From Thermodesulfobacteriota bacterium (GTDB taxonomy: Bacteria; Desulfobacterota; Desulfobulbia; Desulfobulbales; JAGXFP01), in NCBI GenBank assembly GCA_039714535.1, contig JBDLJC010000009.1:7973-71972 (forward strand): a stretch of 64,000 nucleotides of DNA. The letters run 5' to 3'. A program made the position numbers and the translations under genes. Every line of letters starts with the position of its first letter. Position 1 is the first letter of the stretch. Below are positions 9,980 through 19,330 of this stretch, one piece after another. Below the pieces are notes generated by a model. That model was not told where the DNA came from and ran no database searches. It worked only from the letters and a program-made list of their open reading frames with translations.

Positions 9980-10021
9980 ATTGTATGGGAGTATGAATGA
10001 TGAATGTTAGATTTTTGTTAA
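9980..10021 (-). promoter_or_regulatory. Pho-box-like direct repeats plus -10 candidate upstream of pstS
   Basis: The minus strand reads TTAACA-aaaat-CTAACA-ttcat-CATTCA, three hexamers at exact 11-bp phasing. TACAAT follows 8 nt downstream, then GGGAGAG (Shine-Dalgarno) before the ATG at 9927. Confidence 0.35.
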
Positions 10022-10075
10022 GATTCCGTAAAAAATTGGTTAGCGGGAAAGAAAAATAAAAAACATGAGAGTGTT

Positions 10076-11884
10076 TCATGCGGCGGGCAGCTTAATGGTA
10101 AAGACCGTGCCCTTGCCAAGTATACTGGTGACTTTAACTTCGCCATGGTGGGCCTGGACAATATGTTTGACGATCGCCAAACCCAGGCCGGTCCCGCCCA
10201 GCTTACGGCTTCTGGCCTTGTCGCTCCGGTAGAATCTTTCAAACAAGCGGGGAAGATGCTTGTTGGCAATGCCCGTTCCGAAATCTTCCACTCTTATTAA
10301 TACTGTGCTGACATCTTTACTGCCGGTTATTTTGATCTCGCTCCCAGGGTTGCTGTACTTGATAGCATTGACCAGAAGATTGACTATAGCCTGCTGCAGG
10401 AGAGGGCTGTTGATCTCTGCGGTGAGATTGGTCGGGCAATCGACCTGGATCAACATATTTTTTTCTTCAGCTCTGGGGCTGCAGTCCTCTACCGAATCGT
10501 CAATTATCTTGCAGACCGAACTTTTTGCCAGCTCGATCAGTTGGTTCTCATCCTCCTGTTCGATCCTGGATAAAGCTAGAAGGTCGTCAACTATTGAGTT
10601 CAGTCGATTTGAGTTTTTCAGGATAATATCGACAAATTTCTCAGTCGCCTCTGGATCTTGCAGTGCCCCGTCTTTAAGGGTTTCGGCAAAACCTTTTATC
10701 GTCGTGATCGGGGTCTTAAGTTCGTGAGAGACATTGGCGACAAAATCACTTCTTACCCTTTCTAGACGTCGAAGCTTGGTCACATCGTGCAAGACCACAA
10801 GGCAGCCGATCCGCTTTTCATTTGAACCCAGCAAAGAACTTCCATAGGCTTGAAAAAAAAGCTCCCTGTCCGGTTCATTAAAATTAAGTTCACCCTCAAT
10901 CGTGGTTGAAACGGAAAGAGCTTTCCGGATAAATTGCAGGAGGTCGGGATGGCGAACTAACTCAACAACTGGCCGACCCTCAGGGACAATAGCTTCAAGA
11001 CCTAGCAGGGCAATTGCCGCTTTATTAGCTCCCAGGAACTTTTCATCTACATCAATCAGCAGAACAGCTTCGATCATCCCGGCAAATATGGCTTCCAGTT
11101 TGTTTCTCTGCTCGGTGATCATTTTTATTCTACTATCCAACTGCGAGGACATCTTGTTCATAGCCTCGGCCAGTTCGACCAACTCGGAGGAGATGTTCTT
11201 GTCGCGTGAAAAAATAATTTTCCTAGTCAGGTCTCCCTGTGCAAAGCGCTCGGCACTTTGCCTGATCCTTTCAATTGGTCTGCTGATCCTTCTTGAAACT
11301 CCAAGGGTTATCAGGGCGGCAACGATGATTAGAAAAATTGAACCGAGCATTATCCTTAAATAGACTTGGCGCAAAATGTTGTCGATGGCGGTGACTGGGA
11401 TGGATAAACGAAGAACTCCGGTCGGGTCAGCAATCTCAGTGTCAACCGATCTCCGGCCATAAATAGGGATTGCCACATACAGCATATTTTTCTGGAGGGT
11501 ATGACTGTACCTTATTGAAGAACCAGTTTGGCCAGTGAGAGCCTGGCCTATCTCAACCCGATCGGCATGGTTATCCATCTTTTCGGCCAATTCCTCGGAG
11601 TCTGCGACAACTTTCCCCGATGGCAGGATAACGGTGATCCTGGTCGTGGATTCATTATCGATCGATCGGCAAAGTTCATTCAGAAGGTCCAACTGGCCTT
11701 GGGCAAATGGTTCTTCTATCTCATTGAGAATGAACCCGGCCCGTGTTTTAAGGTTATCCTCCGTCTGCTCAAGGAAAAAGTTACGAAGAGAATTTGAGGC
11801 ATACCAAGCGGTCGCAGCTAGGGAAACGATGATGATCAGAACCAACGGAGGGTAAATATGCCATAAAAGTCTTTTGGTTTTCAC
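10076..11884 (-). CDS. phoR: Phosphate-regulon-type sensor histidine kinase (PhoR-like)
   Basis: Two TM segments, a HAMP-like linker, a PAS-like region, H-box SHELKTPIT and G-box GTGLGLAIVK. 4-nt overlap with phoB. The symbol is assigned from context. Confidence 0.8.
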   Translation of the reverse strand: MKTKRLLWHIYPPLVLIIIVSLAATAWYASNSLRNFFLEQTEDNLKTRAGFILNEIEEPFAQGQLDLLNELCRSIDNESTTRITVILPSGKVVADSEELAEKMDNHADRVEIGQALTGQTGSSIRYSHTLQKNMLYVAIPIYGRRSVDTEIADPTGVLRLSIPVTAIDNILRQVYLRIMLGSIFLIIVAALITLGVSRRISRPIERIRQSAERFAQGDLTRKIIFSRDKNISSELVELAEAMNKMSSQLDSRIKMITEQRNKLEAIFAGMIEAVLLIDVDEKFLGANKAAIALLGLEAIVPEGRPVVELVRHPDLLQFIRKALSVSTTIEGELNFNEPDRELFFQAYGSSLLGSNEKRIGCLVVLHDVTKLRRLERVRSDFVANVSHELKTPITTIKGFAETLKDGALQDPEATEKFVDIILKNSNRLNSIVDDLLALSRIEQEDENQLIELAKSSVCKIIDDSVEDCSPRAEEKNMLIQVDCPTNLTAEINSPLLQQAIVNLLVNAIKYSNPGSEIKITGSKDVSTVLIRVEDFGTGIANKHLPRLFERFYRSDKARSRKLGGTGLGLAIVKHIVQAHHGEVKVTSILGKGTVFTIKLPAA

Positions 11885-12576
11885 TTCCCTATGTCCCTGA
11901 ATCGGTATCCCACACCGCGAATGGTTTCTATAAGGTCGTTGTTAATCCCCAGTTTCTTTCTTAAGCCAGCGATCTGGACATCAATAGCCCTTTCAGTTAT
12001 CGAGAAATCATCCTGATGAATCTCTGCGACTATTTGCTTTCTGGTAAAGACCCAGCCAGGACGGTTGGCCAGATAATGAAGAACAAGAAATTCTGTTTTA
12101 GTCAGATTTAACAGTTGACCACCGAGACTGATTTCGTGCCGTTTTGTATCAATAAGTAGATCGCCTTGTTTGATCTGGCCTTGGTTTAACTGTTCATGTC
12201 GTCCCTTTCTGCGAAGTATGGCCCGCAGCCGGGCGATCAGGACCTGTGGACTGAAAGGTTTTGTTATATAGTCATCCGCTCCTAGTTCAAGCCCGGCGAT
12301 AATATCTGAATCCTCACCTTTGGCGGTAAGCATCACCAAGGGAATGTCTCGGGAAGATTCATCCTGTTTTAGCAGTCTGCAGACTTCAAAGCCATCTATC
12401 CCGGGAAGCATCAGATCAAGGATGATCAGGTCCGGCCTTTTTGCTCTGACCGCAGCAGCAGCTTTTTCTCCTGAGTTGATACCGGTTGTACTGAAGCCGT
12501 TATACTGGAGATTGTATGAGATAAGTTCTAGTATATCCTCCTCATCTTCAATAATCAGGATGTGTTCATTCGCCAA
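11881..12576 (-). CDS. phoB: OmpR/PhoB-family response regulator
   Basis: Receiver domain (ILIIEDEEDI…ILDLMLPG) and C-terminal winged helix (RGVGYRF). Lies directly upstream of phoR-pst. Confidence 0.85.
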   Translation of the reverse strand: MANEHILIIEDEEDILELISYNLQYNGFSTTGINSGEKAAAAVRAKRPDLIILDLMLPGIDGFEVCRLLKQDESSRDIPLVMLTAKGEDSDIIAGLELGADDYITKPFSPQVLIARLRAILRRKGRHEQLNQGQIKQGDLLIDTKRHEISLGGQLLNLTKTEFLVLHYLANRPGWVFTRKQIVAEIHQDDFSITERAIDVQIAGLRKKLGINNDLIETIRGVGYRFRDIGK

Positions 12577-12997
12577 AATTAATCCCCTTTATAGACTCCC
12601 TAGTTTACAGAATCTACCCACTACTCATTATGGTTTCCGAATAGACTACCAGACTAGGGACAGGATAGGTCAAAGAAAAACTGGATTAAAGATGTACGGC
12701 ATAAGCCTAAATAAAGCTGGCTTAAAATAAGTTTACTGACATGCAACCACAGTCAACATATTTCCAAAACATCTTGGCTGTCCCGTATTGTAGATAGCCC
12801 GCCATCAAGCACGAATATGAAGTCAGTTTCAGAGTTAAGATATCAGTACTCAGATTAAAAAGCAGGATTATAAGCTGAATTTCAGCTGAGCACACGAATT
12901 AGTTAGATGGTTTGACGGCTTGATTTTCAATGAAACTGGTATTATGTTCTTCCCCTCTGAAAAAATCGTAAAAAACTTAATTCTCAAGGAGATATAG

Positions 12998-13516
12998 ATG
13001 AGTGACCAGAATGAATTAATAGCTGTTTTTGACACCGGCAAAGGTAAGATCAGGGTTAAATTGTTTGCCGATCGGGTTCCCTATACCATCGCCAACTTTG
13101 TTAATCTGGCCAACCGGGGTTTTTATAATGACCGCAATTTCCATCGGGTCATCGCCGATTTCATGATCCAGGGCGGCTGTCCCAACGGTAATGGCATGGG
13201 TGGCCCCGGCTACACATTTGCCGATGAGTTTGACTCCGAATTACGGCACGATAAACCCGGAATTCTTTCCATGGCCAACGCCGGCCCCAATACCAACGGC
13301 AGTCAGTTTTTCATTACCCATGTTCCGACTGCCTGGCTGGACGGTAAGCATTCGGTGTTTGGTGAGGTCGAGTCTGATAGCGATATGGATGTGGTTAACG
13401 CCATTGCCCAGGGCGATGCCCTTACTTCGGTAAGTATTGAGGGTGATGCCACGGCCTTGCTGGAAAAATGTGCGGACAAGGTTGCCGAGTGGAACAAGGT
13501 CTTGGATAACGCCTAG
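12998..13516 (+). CDS. ppiB: Cyclophilin-type peptidyl-prolyl cis-trans isomerase
   Basis: 172 aa with motifs [13 protein letters not shown] and [17 protein letters not shown]. No signal peptide. Confidence 0.9.
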   Translation: MSDQNELIAVFDTGKGKIRVKLFADRVPYTIANFVNLANRGFYNDRNFHRVIADFMIQGGCPNGNGMGGPGYTFADEFDSELRHDKPGILSMANAGPNTNGSQFFITHVPTAWLDGKHSVFGEVESDSDMDVVNAIAQGDALTSVSIEGDATALLEKCADKVAEWNKVLDNA

Positions 13517-13537
13517 TCCGAAAAAACAATTATACTT

Positions 13538-15313
13538 CTATTTGCGCCGGCCGGGATTTTTCCTGGCCGGTTTTTTTTGGGCCTGCCGAGGTTGCTTATC
13601 CCGTCCGCTTTTGACGGTGATACTCTCCAGAGCTTTTCTTTGTTGGCGGCGAGCGGTTGCCCCTTTGGCTACCTTGATCTTGCGGCCGTCCCGGTCCAGC
13701 CCGGTTACAAACATGGCGGTGGAGATAGTACCAGGGGTTGGGGTGAAATCCTGGAACTGCCTGACCTCCAGCCCTAGTTTTTTCACCTTTACTGCTAGAC
13801 TCTTCATATCGGCCTCGGAGCACCCCGGATGAGAGGCAATAAAGTACGAGACAAAATGCGGTTTTCGAGCACCGGCCAGCTGTCGGCACCGGTCAAGGAA
13901 TTTTCCCAGCAGCCTGCCGCCAGGTTTATGCATCAGCCGCAGGACCTTATCCTCGGTATGTTCCGGGGCAATCTTCATGGCGCCCGGCAGATGTTTGTCG
14001 ATCAGCCTTTTTAACAGCTTCGGGGTTTTCAGCAATAGTTCCATTCGCAGGCCGGATGAAATATGGAGATGCTTGACCCCACCAATCTGTTCGCAGCTGG
14101 TGAGTAAATCCAGAAAACGATCTTCATCAATTTCCAGGTTCTTGCATAGGTTCGGGGAAAAACAATCATGTTTGCGGCAATCTTTGATTCGGCAGGAGGT
14201 GGCAAACAAGTTAGCCGTAGGGCCGCCCAGGTCACTGATCGTGCCTTTGAAGTGGCTGCTTTCGGCAAGTTCTTTTACTTCTGCGGTAATCGACTTCAGG
14301 GAACGACTGGTTACCACCGGCCCCTGATGGCGGGTGATGGCACAGAAGGAACAGTTCCCTGAGCAGCCGCGGACGATGGTCACCGAATCTTTAACCATCC
14401 GCCAGGCCGGAACATCGCCGGAATCTGGATGGGGAGCGCGCTGAAAAGGTAAGCGGTACAACCGATCCAGCTCTTCTGCCTCCAGAGTGGGGGCGGGCCG
14501 GTTCTGCCAGATATACATGGCCTGCTGTTTCTGGCTGAGCGGCTGAGTGGACAGGGCCCGGGCATGTTTATCGATGGTTAACTCTGCGTCCATGAAGTTG
14601 GCGGAATTTCCAGCGATATCCTGCCATGATGGCAAAACCAGTGAATCCTCTCTTGTCGATCGTTCCTGGAATTCCTTCTCGGTTAATCTTTCGCAGGTGC
14701 CGGCGATGCCCGATAGGGATTCGTTATCGCCCAACCGCTCAGCGACGGTCAATATGGCTCTTTCGCCCATGCCGAAGACCAGCAGGTCCGCTTTGGCATC
14801 GGTCAGCACCGAGGCCCGGAGCCGGTTCTGCTGGTAATCGTAATGAACAAAACGGCGCAGGGACGCCTCCAGGCCGCCGAGGATTATCGGCACTCCCGGG
14901 CAGGCCTCCTTGGCCAGAATAGTGTAACGGATGGCGGCCCGGTCCGGTCGCCGTCTTTCCTGCTTAGTCTTAATCTTGGCCCAATAGGGATTGCCATCTG
15001 GTGAGTATGTATCCTGGTCGCGGACCTTGGCATTGCCGGTGTAATTGGCGACTATCGAGTCAAGGTTGCCACCGGTGATCCCGAAGAACAGGCGTGGGGC
15101 GCCAAATTCCTTGAAATCCCGGCTGTCCTGATGGCGGGGTTGGGCCAGGACCGCCACCTTGAAGCCGTGGGCCTCCAGCCATCGGCCAATGAGAGAGATA
15201 CCGAAAGACGGATGGTCGACATAGGCATCGCCGGTGACCAGCACCACATCGGGACGGTCCCAGCCCCTGGCAAGCATCTCTTTCCGGTTGGTTGGTAAAA
15301 AATTATTATCCAT
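13538..15313 (-). CDS. ygiQ: YgiQ-family radical SAM protein (UPF0313)
   Basis: 591 aa. The characteristic N-terminus is VLVTGDAYVDHPSFG and the radical SAM motif is CSGNCSFC. Lys/Arg-rich C-terminal tail. Confidence 0.9.
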   Translation of the reverse strand: MDNNFLPTNRKEMLARGWDRPDVVLVTGDAYVDHPSFGISLIGRWLEAHGFKVAVLAQPRHQDSRDFKEFGAPRLFFGITGGNLDSIVANYTGNAKVRDQDTYSPDGNPYWAKIKTKQERRRPDRAAIRYTILAKEACPGVPIILGGLEASLRRFVHYDYQQNRLRASVLTDAKADLLVFGMGERAILTVAERLGDNESLSGIAGTCERLTEKEFQERSTREDSLVLPSWQDIAGNSANFMDAELTIDKHARALSTQPLSQKQQAMYIWQNRPAPTLEAEELDRLYRLPFQRAPHPDSGDVPAWRMVKDSVTIVRGCSGNCSFCAITRHQGPVVTSRSLKSITAEVKELAESSHFKGTISDLGGPTANLFATSCRIKDCRKHDCFSPNLCKNLEIDEDRFLDLLTSCEQIGGVKHLHISSGLRMELLLKTPKLLKRLIDKHLPGAMKIAPEHTEDKVLRLMHKPGGRLLGKFLDRCRQLAGARKPHFVSYFIASHPGCSEADMKSLAVKVKKLGLEVRQFQDFTPTPGTISTAMFVTGLDRDGRKIKVAKGATARRQQRKALESITVKSGRDKQPRQAQKKPARKNPGRRK

Positions 15314-15385
15314 TATGGGCTGTTATTCCTGACGGAGAAAGTTCATCTTGTTCTTGCGGGATGGCAGTTAGGCGGGGTGGGATGA

Positions 15386-16375
15386 TCAAATGTGGCTGTA
15401 TTGGCCGGATGTTTTCTTCTCACGTTTGTTCTCGTACATAAGACTGTCGGCTTTGAGCATCAAATCGTCTATGGAACAGGCTTCGCTGTGGTCGTAGTGG
15501 ACGGTGCCGATACTAAGCAGGACCTTGAATTTCCGGTTTTTCCGGCTATTGGCCTTGGCGATTTTCTTTGCCAGCCGTGCCATTACCTTTTCCTCGGTCT
15601 TTCTATTGTCATGATCCGTCATCAGGACAATGAACTCATCGCCACCGACCCGGCCGATGAGTTCAACCTGACGGAAGGTGCGTTTGAGAATTGTTGCCGT
15701 CTCTATCAAGGCGCTGTCGCCCACTTGGTGACCATGGGTGTCGTTGATCCATTTCATATTGTCAAAATCAACGTAAAGCAGGAATATATCATTTTTATTG
15801 CGGTGAGCAAGCTTTAGTTGCCTGTCTGCTATCGCCATGAAACCCCGGCGGTTGAAGAGACCGGTCAGTTCGTCGGTGATAGACAGATGGCGAAGCTGGG
15901 CCTCGTAGTTTTTTCGCTCGGTTATATCATGCATGAACAGGTTGAATTCCTGACGGTCGCCCATTCTGGTCAGGGATACCGCCAGTTCGACCGGCACCTC
16001 GAATTCATTCCTGTACAGGATGGTGGTCTCTATTCTTTTGCCGAAATGATGACCGCGCTCTCCACCCAGAACCTTTTGCAGAAAACCCTGGTGTTTCTTC
16101 CTGTGTCTCGGCGGCATGATGGAATATATCGGTTTGCCGACAATGTCATCATGACTCCAGCCGCAGAGCAGTTCGGCCTGGCTGGGCCATTCGACTATCA
16201 AGCCGCGGTCGTTGACTACAACTATGGCGTGGATGGCTGATTCGAGGATTGTTTTAAAGCGGGCGTGGTCCACTTCAAGGAGTGCTACGTTCCGGCGTTG
16301 CCCGTTGACTTCCTCTTCAAGTCTCGCGATAGTCCGTTCCAGATCGTTGTAGGTCGGTTTTTCGACCATTTCCAA
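15386..16375 (-). CDS. PAS-domain diguanylate cyclase (GGDEF)
   Basis: N-terminal coiled coil, a PAS-like region, and a GGDEF domain with active-site RVGGDEFIVL. Confidence 0.85.
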   Translation of the reverse strand: MEMVEKPTYNDLERTIARLEEEVNGQRRNVALLEVDHARFKTILESAIHAIVVVNDRGLIVEWPSQAELLCGWSHDDIVGKPIYSIMPPRHRKKHQGFLQKVLGGERGHHFGKRIETTILYRNEFEVPVELAVSLTRMGDRQEFNLFMHDITERKNYEAQLRHLSITDELTGLFNRRGFMAIADRQLKLAHRNKNDIFLLYVDFDNMKWINDTHGHQVGDSALIETATILKRTFRQVELIGRVGGDEFIVLMTDHDNRKTEEKVMARLAKKIAKANSRKNRKFKVLLSIGTVHYDHSEACSIDDLMLKADSLMYENKREKKTSGQYSHI

Positions 16376-16637
16376 TCTCCCCCTGTAATTGGCGATGGTT
16401 TAGGGTCACTGCCCCTTTCCCGAAAACGATTTTCACCAAAAGGTAACTCTTTAATTCGTTAATTTTATGTGTTTGCGAAAAGGAGTGTCAAGTTATATTT
16501 CGCAGTGCTTAAATAATTCCCTATAAGAACCGGGAATTGTTTAAATGCCCTTGCTGGGGAAATTGCTGGGAGTTTGGGGAAAGCTTAAAACGAAGGCGCG
16601 CTGTTTGCTGGCCAAGCAAATGGTCAGGTTGGTGATT

Positions 16638-17297
16638 TCATTTTGCAGAGGATAGCTGGTGGCTTTTTTCCAAGCCGGCCAGCAGGACAAATCGTCCCAA
16701 TGGCACAACTTCGCAAGGCATACTTTCCATAAACAGCCGGTTGTCGCAAAGTCCGCCGGAAAGATAGATCTTGTCGGGGGAGCCGGCAAAGCGGTAAGCG
16801 TTGATGGCAATGCCTTTAACGAAGCTGGCTACGGCTTCTGCTTCGTCGGTGCCGGAGGTAATGGCGTCAAAAATATTGCTGATGCCCAGGACTCCGCAGG
16901 TTACGGAAAAGGTTTTGCTCGGGGTCGGAAGTTTGTTGAAATCGAGGTTGTAGTAGTTCTCCAGCAGCTCGATGGTAAATCCCATTGAGGCGCCGCATTC
17001 AGCGTTCCAGCCCATATCCTGCATTTTGCCGTCCTGATAGCGGATGTACTTGATGTCACGACTGCCGCAATCAAGGAGCAGGTAGCGATCTTCTTCGATC
17101 AGCGTTTCACCGCCCCGGGCCAGGGCGATAAGCTCGTTTACGTAAATATTGCTGAAGCGTTTGCCGTTATGGCCGGTGGCGATATCCACCTTGAAGTTAC
17201 GCTCAAGATCTTTGGTGGCCTTTATATAGGGCTGGGGATCCGGGTTGGCCAGATCGAGAAATTTGGAATAGGAAGTGCCGAAGTCCGCCAGAATCAT
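16638..17297 (-). CDS. Divergent BcrAD/BadFG-type ASKHA ATPase (acyl-CoA dehydratase activase-like)
   Basis: 219 aa. ILADFGTSYSK, LLLDCGSRDIKYI, AECGASMGFTIE and YLSGGLCDN line up with the phosphate-1, phosphate-2, Cys-helix and adenosine motifs of activases. The match is divergent and made by eye only. Confidence 0.45.
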   Translation of the reverse strand: MILADFGTSYSKFLDLANPDPQPYIKATKDLERNFKVDIATGHNGKRFSNIYVNELIALARGGETLIEEDRYLLLDCGSRDIKYIRYQDGKMQDMGWNAECGASMGFTIELLENYYNLDFNKLPTPSKTFSVTCGVLGISNIFDAITSGTDEAEAVASFVKGIAINAYRFAGSPDKIYLSGGLCDNRLFMESMPCEVVPLGRFVLLAGLEKSHQLSSAK

Positions 17298-18085
17298 AAG
17301 GCCACCCCGGAAAGTTCCAGAAAGGCCTGGATCTTGGCTTTGGCGCTGCTGCCGGTATTGACATCGATATCAAGGTAGAGGGCATGGGGGTGCTTTCTGG
17401 CCAGCAGTCGGGCCAGGGCCGTCTTGGCACAGAATGACTGGGCGAAGAACACGGTCGGGATGTCGTTATTGACGTGGACCTCCATGATGCTGTCGGCCGG
17501 GGTCTTGTTCTCCATACATCGGGTCCAGCCGTAAACATGGGTGGTGTCCGGAAACAGGGAGAGGATTGAGAAATCACGGGGCGGCACGCCCCAGAAGCCG
17601 ACGGTCGGCCGGCAAGGCGGGGGCGGGTTTTCCTGAATTACCGGTGATTTCACCCGCTCGGTAATGGCCAGAAATTTTTCAGTCATGTCCATTTCGGCCC
17701 GGCAGAGCGGATTGCCGAATGGTTCATGATCGGTGTTGTTGGTACGGATGATCGGGATGTCCAGGCCATCTTCCAAAACGGTCGCTACATGCAGGGCGCC
17801 GTCGCACTTGCCCGGGCCTACATCAATGATGATTGCGTCAAGTTTCAGATGCATGGCATTCAGGACCACGGTCCGCAGGATCGCACAGTAAACCCTCGGC
17901 AGCATGGCTACGGTAGTTTCCATATCCTTGACCACCAGCATGGCATCCAGATCGAGAATTTCCAGGCGACGCTGGTGCAGGATGCGGATGGTCCCGAGCG
18001 GCGGGACCCCGACGATCCCGACCTTGGACAGCTTCGGATTATTCAGTATTTTACCGGCTTTTTTATCTGGCGTTATAATGTTCAT
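17294..18085 (-). CDS. Hypothetical protein coupled to the activase-like gene (possible dehydratase-component-like partner)
   Basis: 263-aa ORF with a 4-nt overlap onto the downstream gene. Several conserved-looking Cys residues (GPGKCDG, NPLCRAE, SFCAKT). The family is not securely recognised. Confidence 0.4.
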   Translation of the reverse strand: MNIITPDKKAGKILNNPKLSKVGIVGVPPLGTIRILHQRRLEILDLDAMLVVKDMETTVAMLPRVYCAILRTVVLNAMHLKLDAIIIDVGPGKCDGALHVATVLEDGLDIPIIRTNNTDHEPFGNPLCRAEMDMTEKFLAITERVKSPVIQENPPPPCRPTVGFWGVPPRDFSILSLFPDTTHVYGWTRCMENKTPADSIMEVHVNNDIPTVFFAQSFCAKTALARLLARKHPHALYLDIDVNTGSSAKAKIQAFLELSGVAL

Positions 18086-18241
18086 TGCTTAGCTTTATAA
18101 GTTAATTTGTCGTCAGCTAATTACGAGATTATTTAAATTTTAAAACAAGCCAATCCCTCTAAAATAAGGAGTTAGGATAGCGACTTGGGATCCTACGTTT
18201 ATCTGCATACTGCAATTCGGGGAGTTGTGCTCTCTATTCAA

Positions 18242-19330
18242 TCAAATGGGTTTATTGCTCTGGCGGTTGATCATCAGAAAACCGAGGCTGCCGGTCAAGA
18301 GATGAACAGACCATGAGGCAATGGGGGGGCTGAGGTTGTAGGCATGGATCATTGCCTGGGCCGTGCTCCACCAACCCCAGGCAATGAAGGCCATAATACA
18401 GCTGATCGGGATGGCCAGAGAAAGATCATGCTGCCAGCGCCGGTTGGCGGTCATCAATATCGGGAGCCCCAGCAGAACCAGAGGGATACCTAGAAAAATA
18501 TAGGACAGGCGGCGATGCAGATTCTGCCAGGCGGTCCGGTCGGGATCCCGATTCTGCAGGACGGCCTCCAGGTGGTCTGAAATAGACGCCTCTTCACCCT
18601 GATATTCAGGAATAAAAAAATCATTCGGTTGGTCCGGCAGAGGCATTTTATATTCGGCAAAACTCTGGAGATTATAGCGGCCGTCCTGGCCAATGGTTTT
18701 GAGCTGCCCGTTGTGGAAGGACCAGACCCCGTTTTGGCATGAGGCCGTCTTGGCGGTGATTTGCAGCCTTAGCCCGTAGGTTGTTGCATCCCAAGCCAGA
18801 TAATTGAAGCTGGCAAAGGTTTCTTCACTTTTTGCTGCTGTCTCGAAAGAATATATGCCCTCTTTGCCTTTAAAGAAAACCTTGCCATTCCGGACGATTC
18901 CCTGAGATTTGCTCTTTTTTACCTCTTCATACCAGATCCGATTGGTTTCCTTGGTGGTGCTGGGTACTAGCCATTCTCCGGCCAGCAGGGCCAGGATTGT
19001 AAAAAAGAAGGTGGCGATCAAGATCGGAGTGAGGATTCTTCTCGCGCTCAAACCGCCGGCCTCAAGGGCCATGAATTCCCGGTTCTGGTTCATGACCCCG
19101 AGGGTAATGACCCCAGCTAATAACAGACAGACCGGCAGTAGCTGGTCGACGATCAGCGGTATTTTGAGGAGTAGGTATTTGGCTGTCAGCGTCGCAGATT
19201 TGCCAGCCTCGATAAAATTATCAATTTTCTCAAAAAAATCGACCAGCAGATAGATGGTGATCAAAGAACTGATTACCATGGCCAGGTTTCTGGTGAACTG
19301 GGAAAATATGTAGCGATAGAGCAGACTCAT
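18242..19330 (-). CDS. lptG: LPS export ABC permease LptG (YjgP/YjgQ family)
   Basis: 362 aa. TM bundle plus periplasmic insert. 4-nt overlap with the paralogous upstream gene. Confidence 0.8.
   Translation of the reverse strand: MSLLYRYIFSQFTRNLAMVISSLITIYLLVDFFEKIDNFIEAGKSATLTAKYLLLKIPLIVDQLLPVCLLLAGVITLGVMNQNREFMALEAGGLSARRILTPILIATFFFTILALLAGEWLVPSTTKETNRIWYEEVKKSKSQGIVRNGKVFFKGKEGIYSFETAAKSEETFASFNYLAWDATTYGLRLQITAKTASCQNGVWSFHNGQLKTIGQDGRYNLQSFAEYKMPLPDQPNDFFIPEYQGEEASISDHLEAVLQNRDPDRTAWQNLHRRLSYIFLGIPLVLLGLPILMTANRRWQHDLSLAIPISCIMAFIAWGWWSTAQAMIHAYNLSPPIASWSVHLLTGSLGFLMINRQSNKPI

Noticed and set aside
12577-12997. Pho box upstream of phoB
   Set aside because: Phased hexamers (TTTACA-N5-TACCCA-N5-CATTAT at ~12605-12637) exist, but they are in the wrong orientation for the minus-strand phoB promoter and are weakly similar to each other. 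A CTGACAT…CAGTCAA pair at 12736-12757 has the wrong spacing. Support is insufficient.
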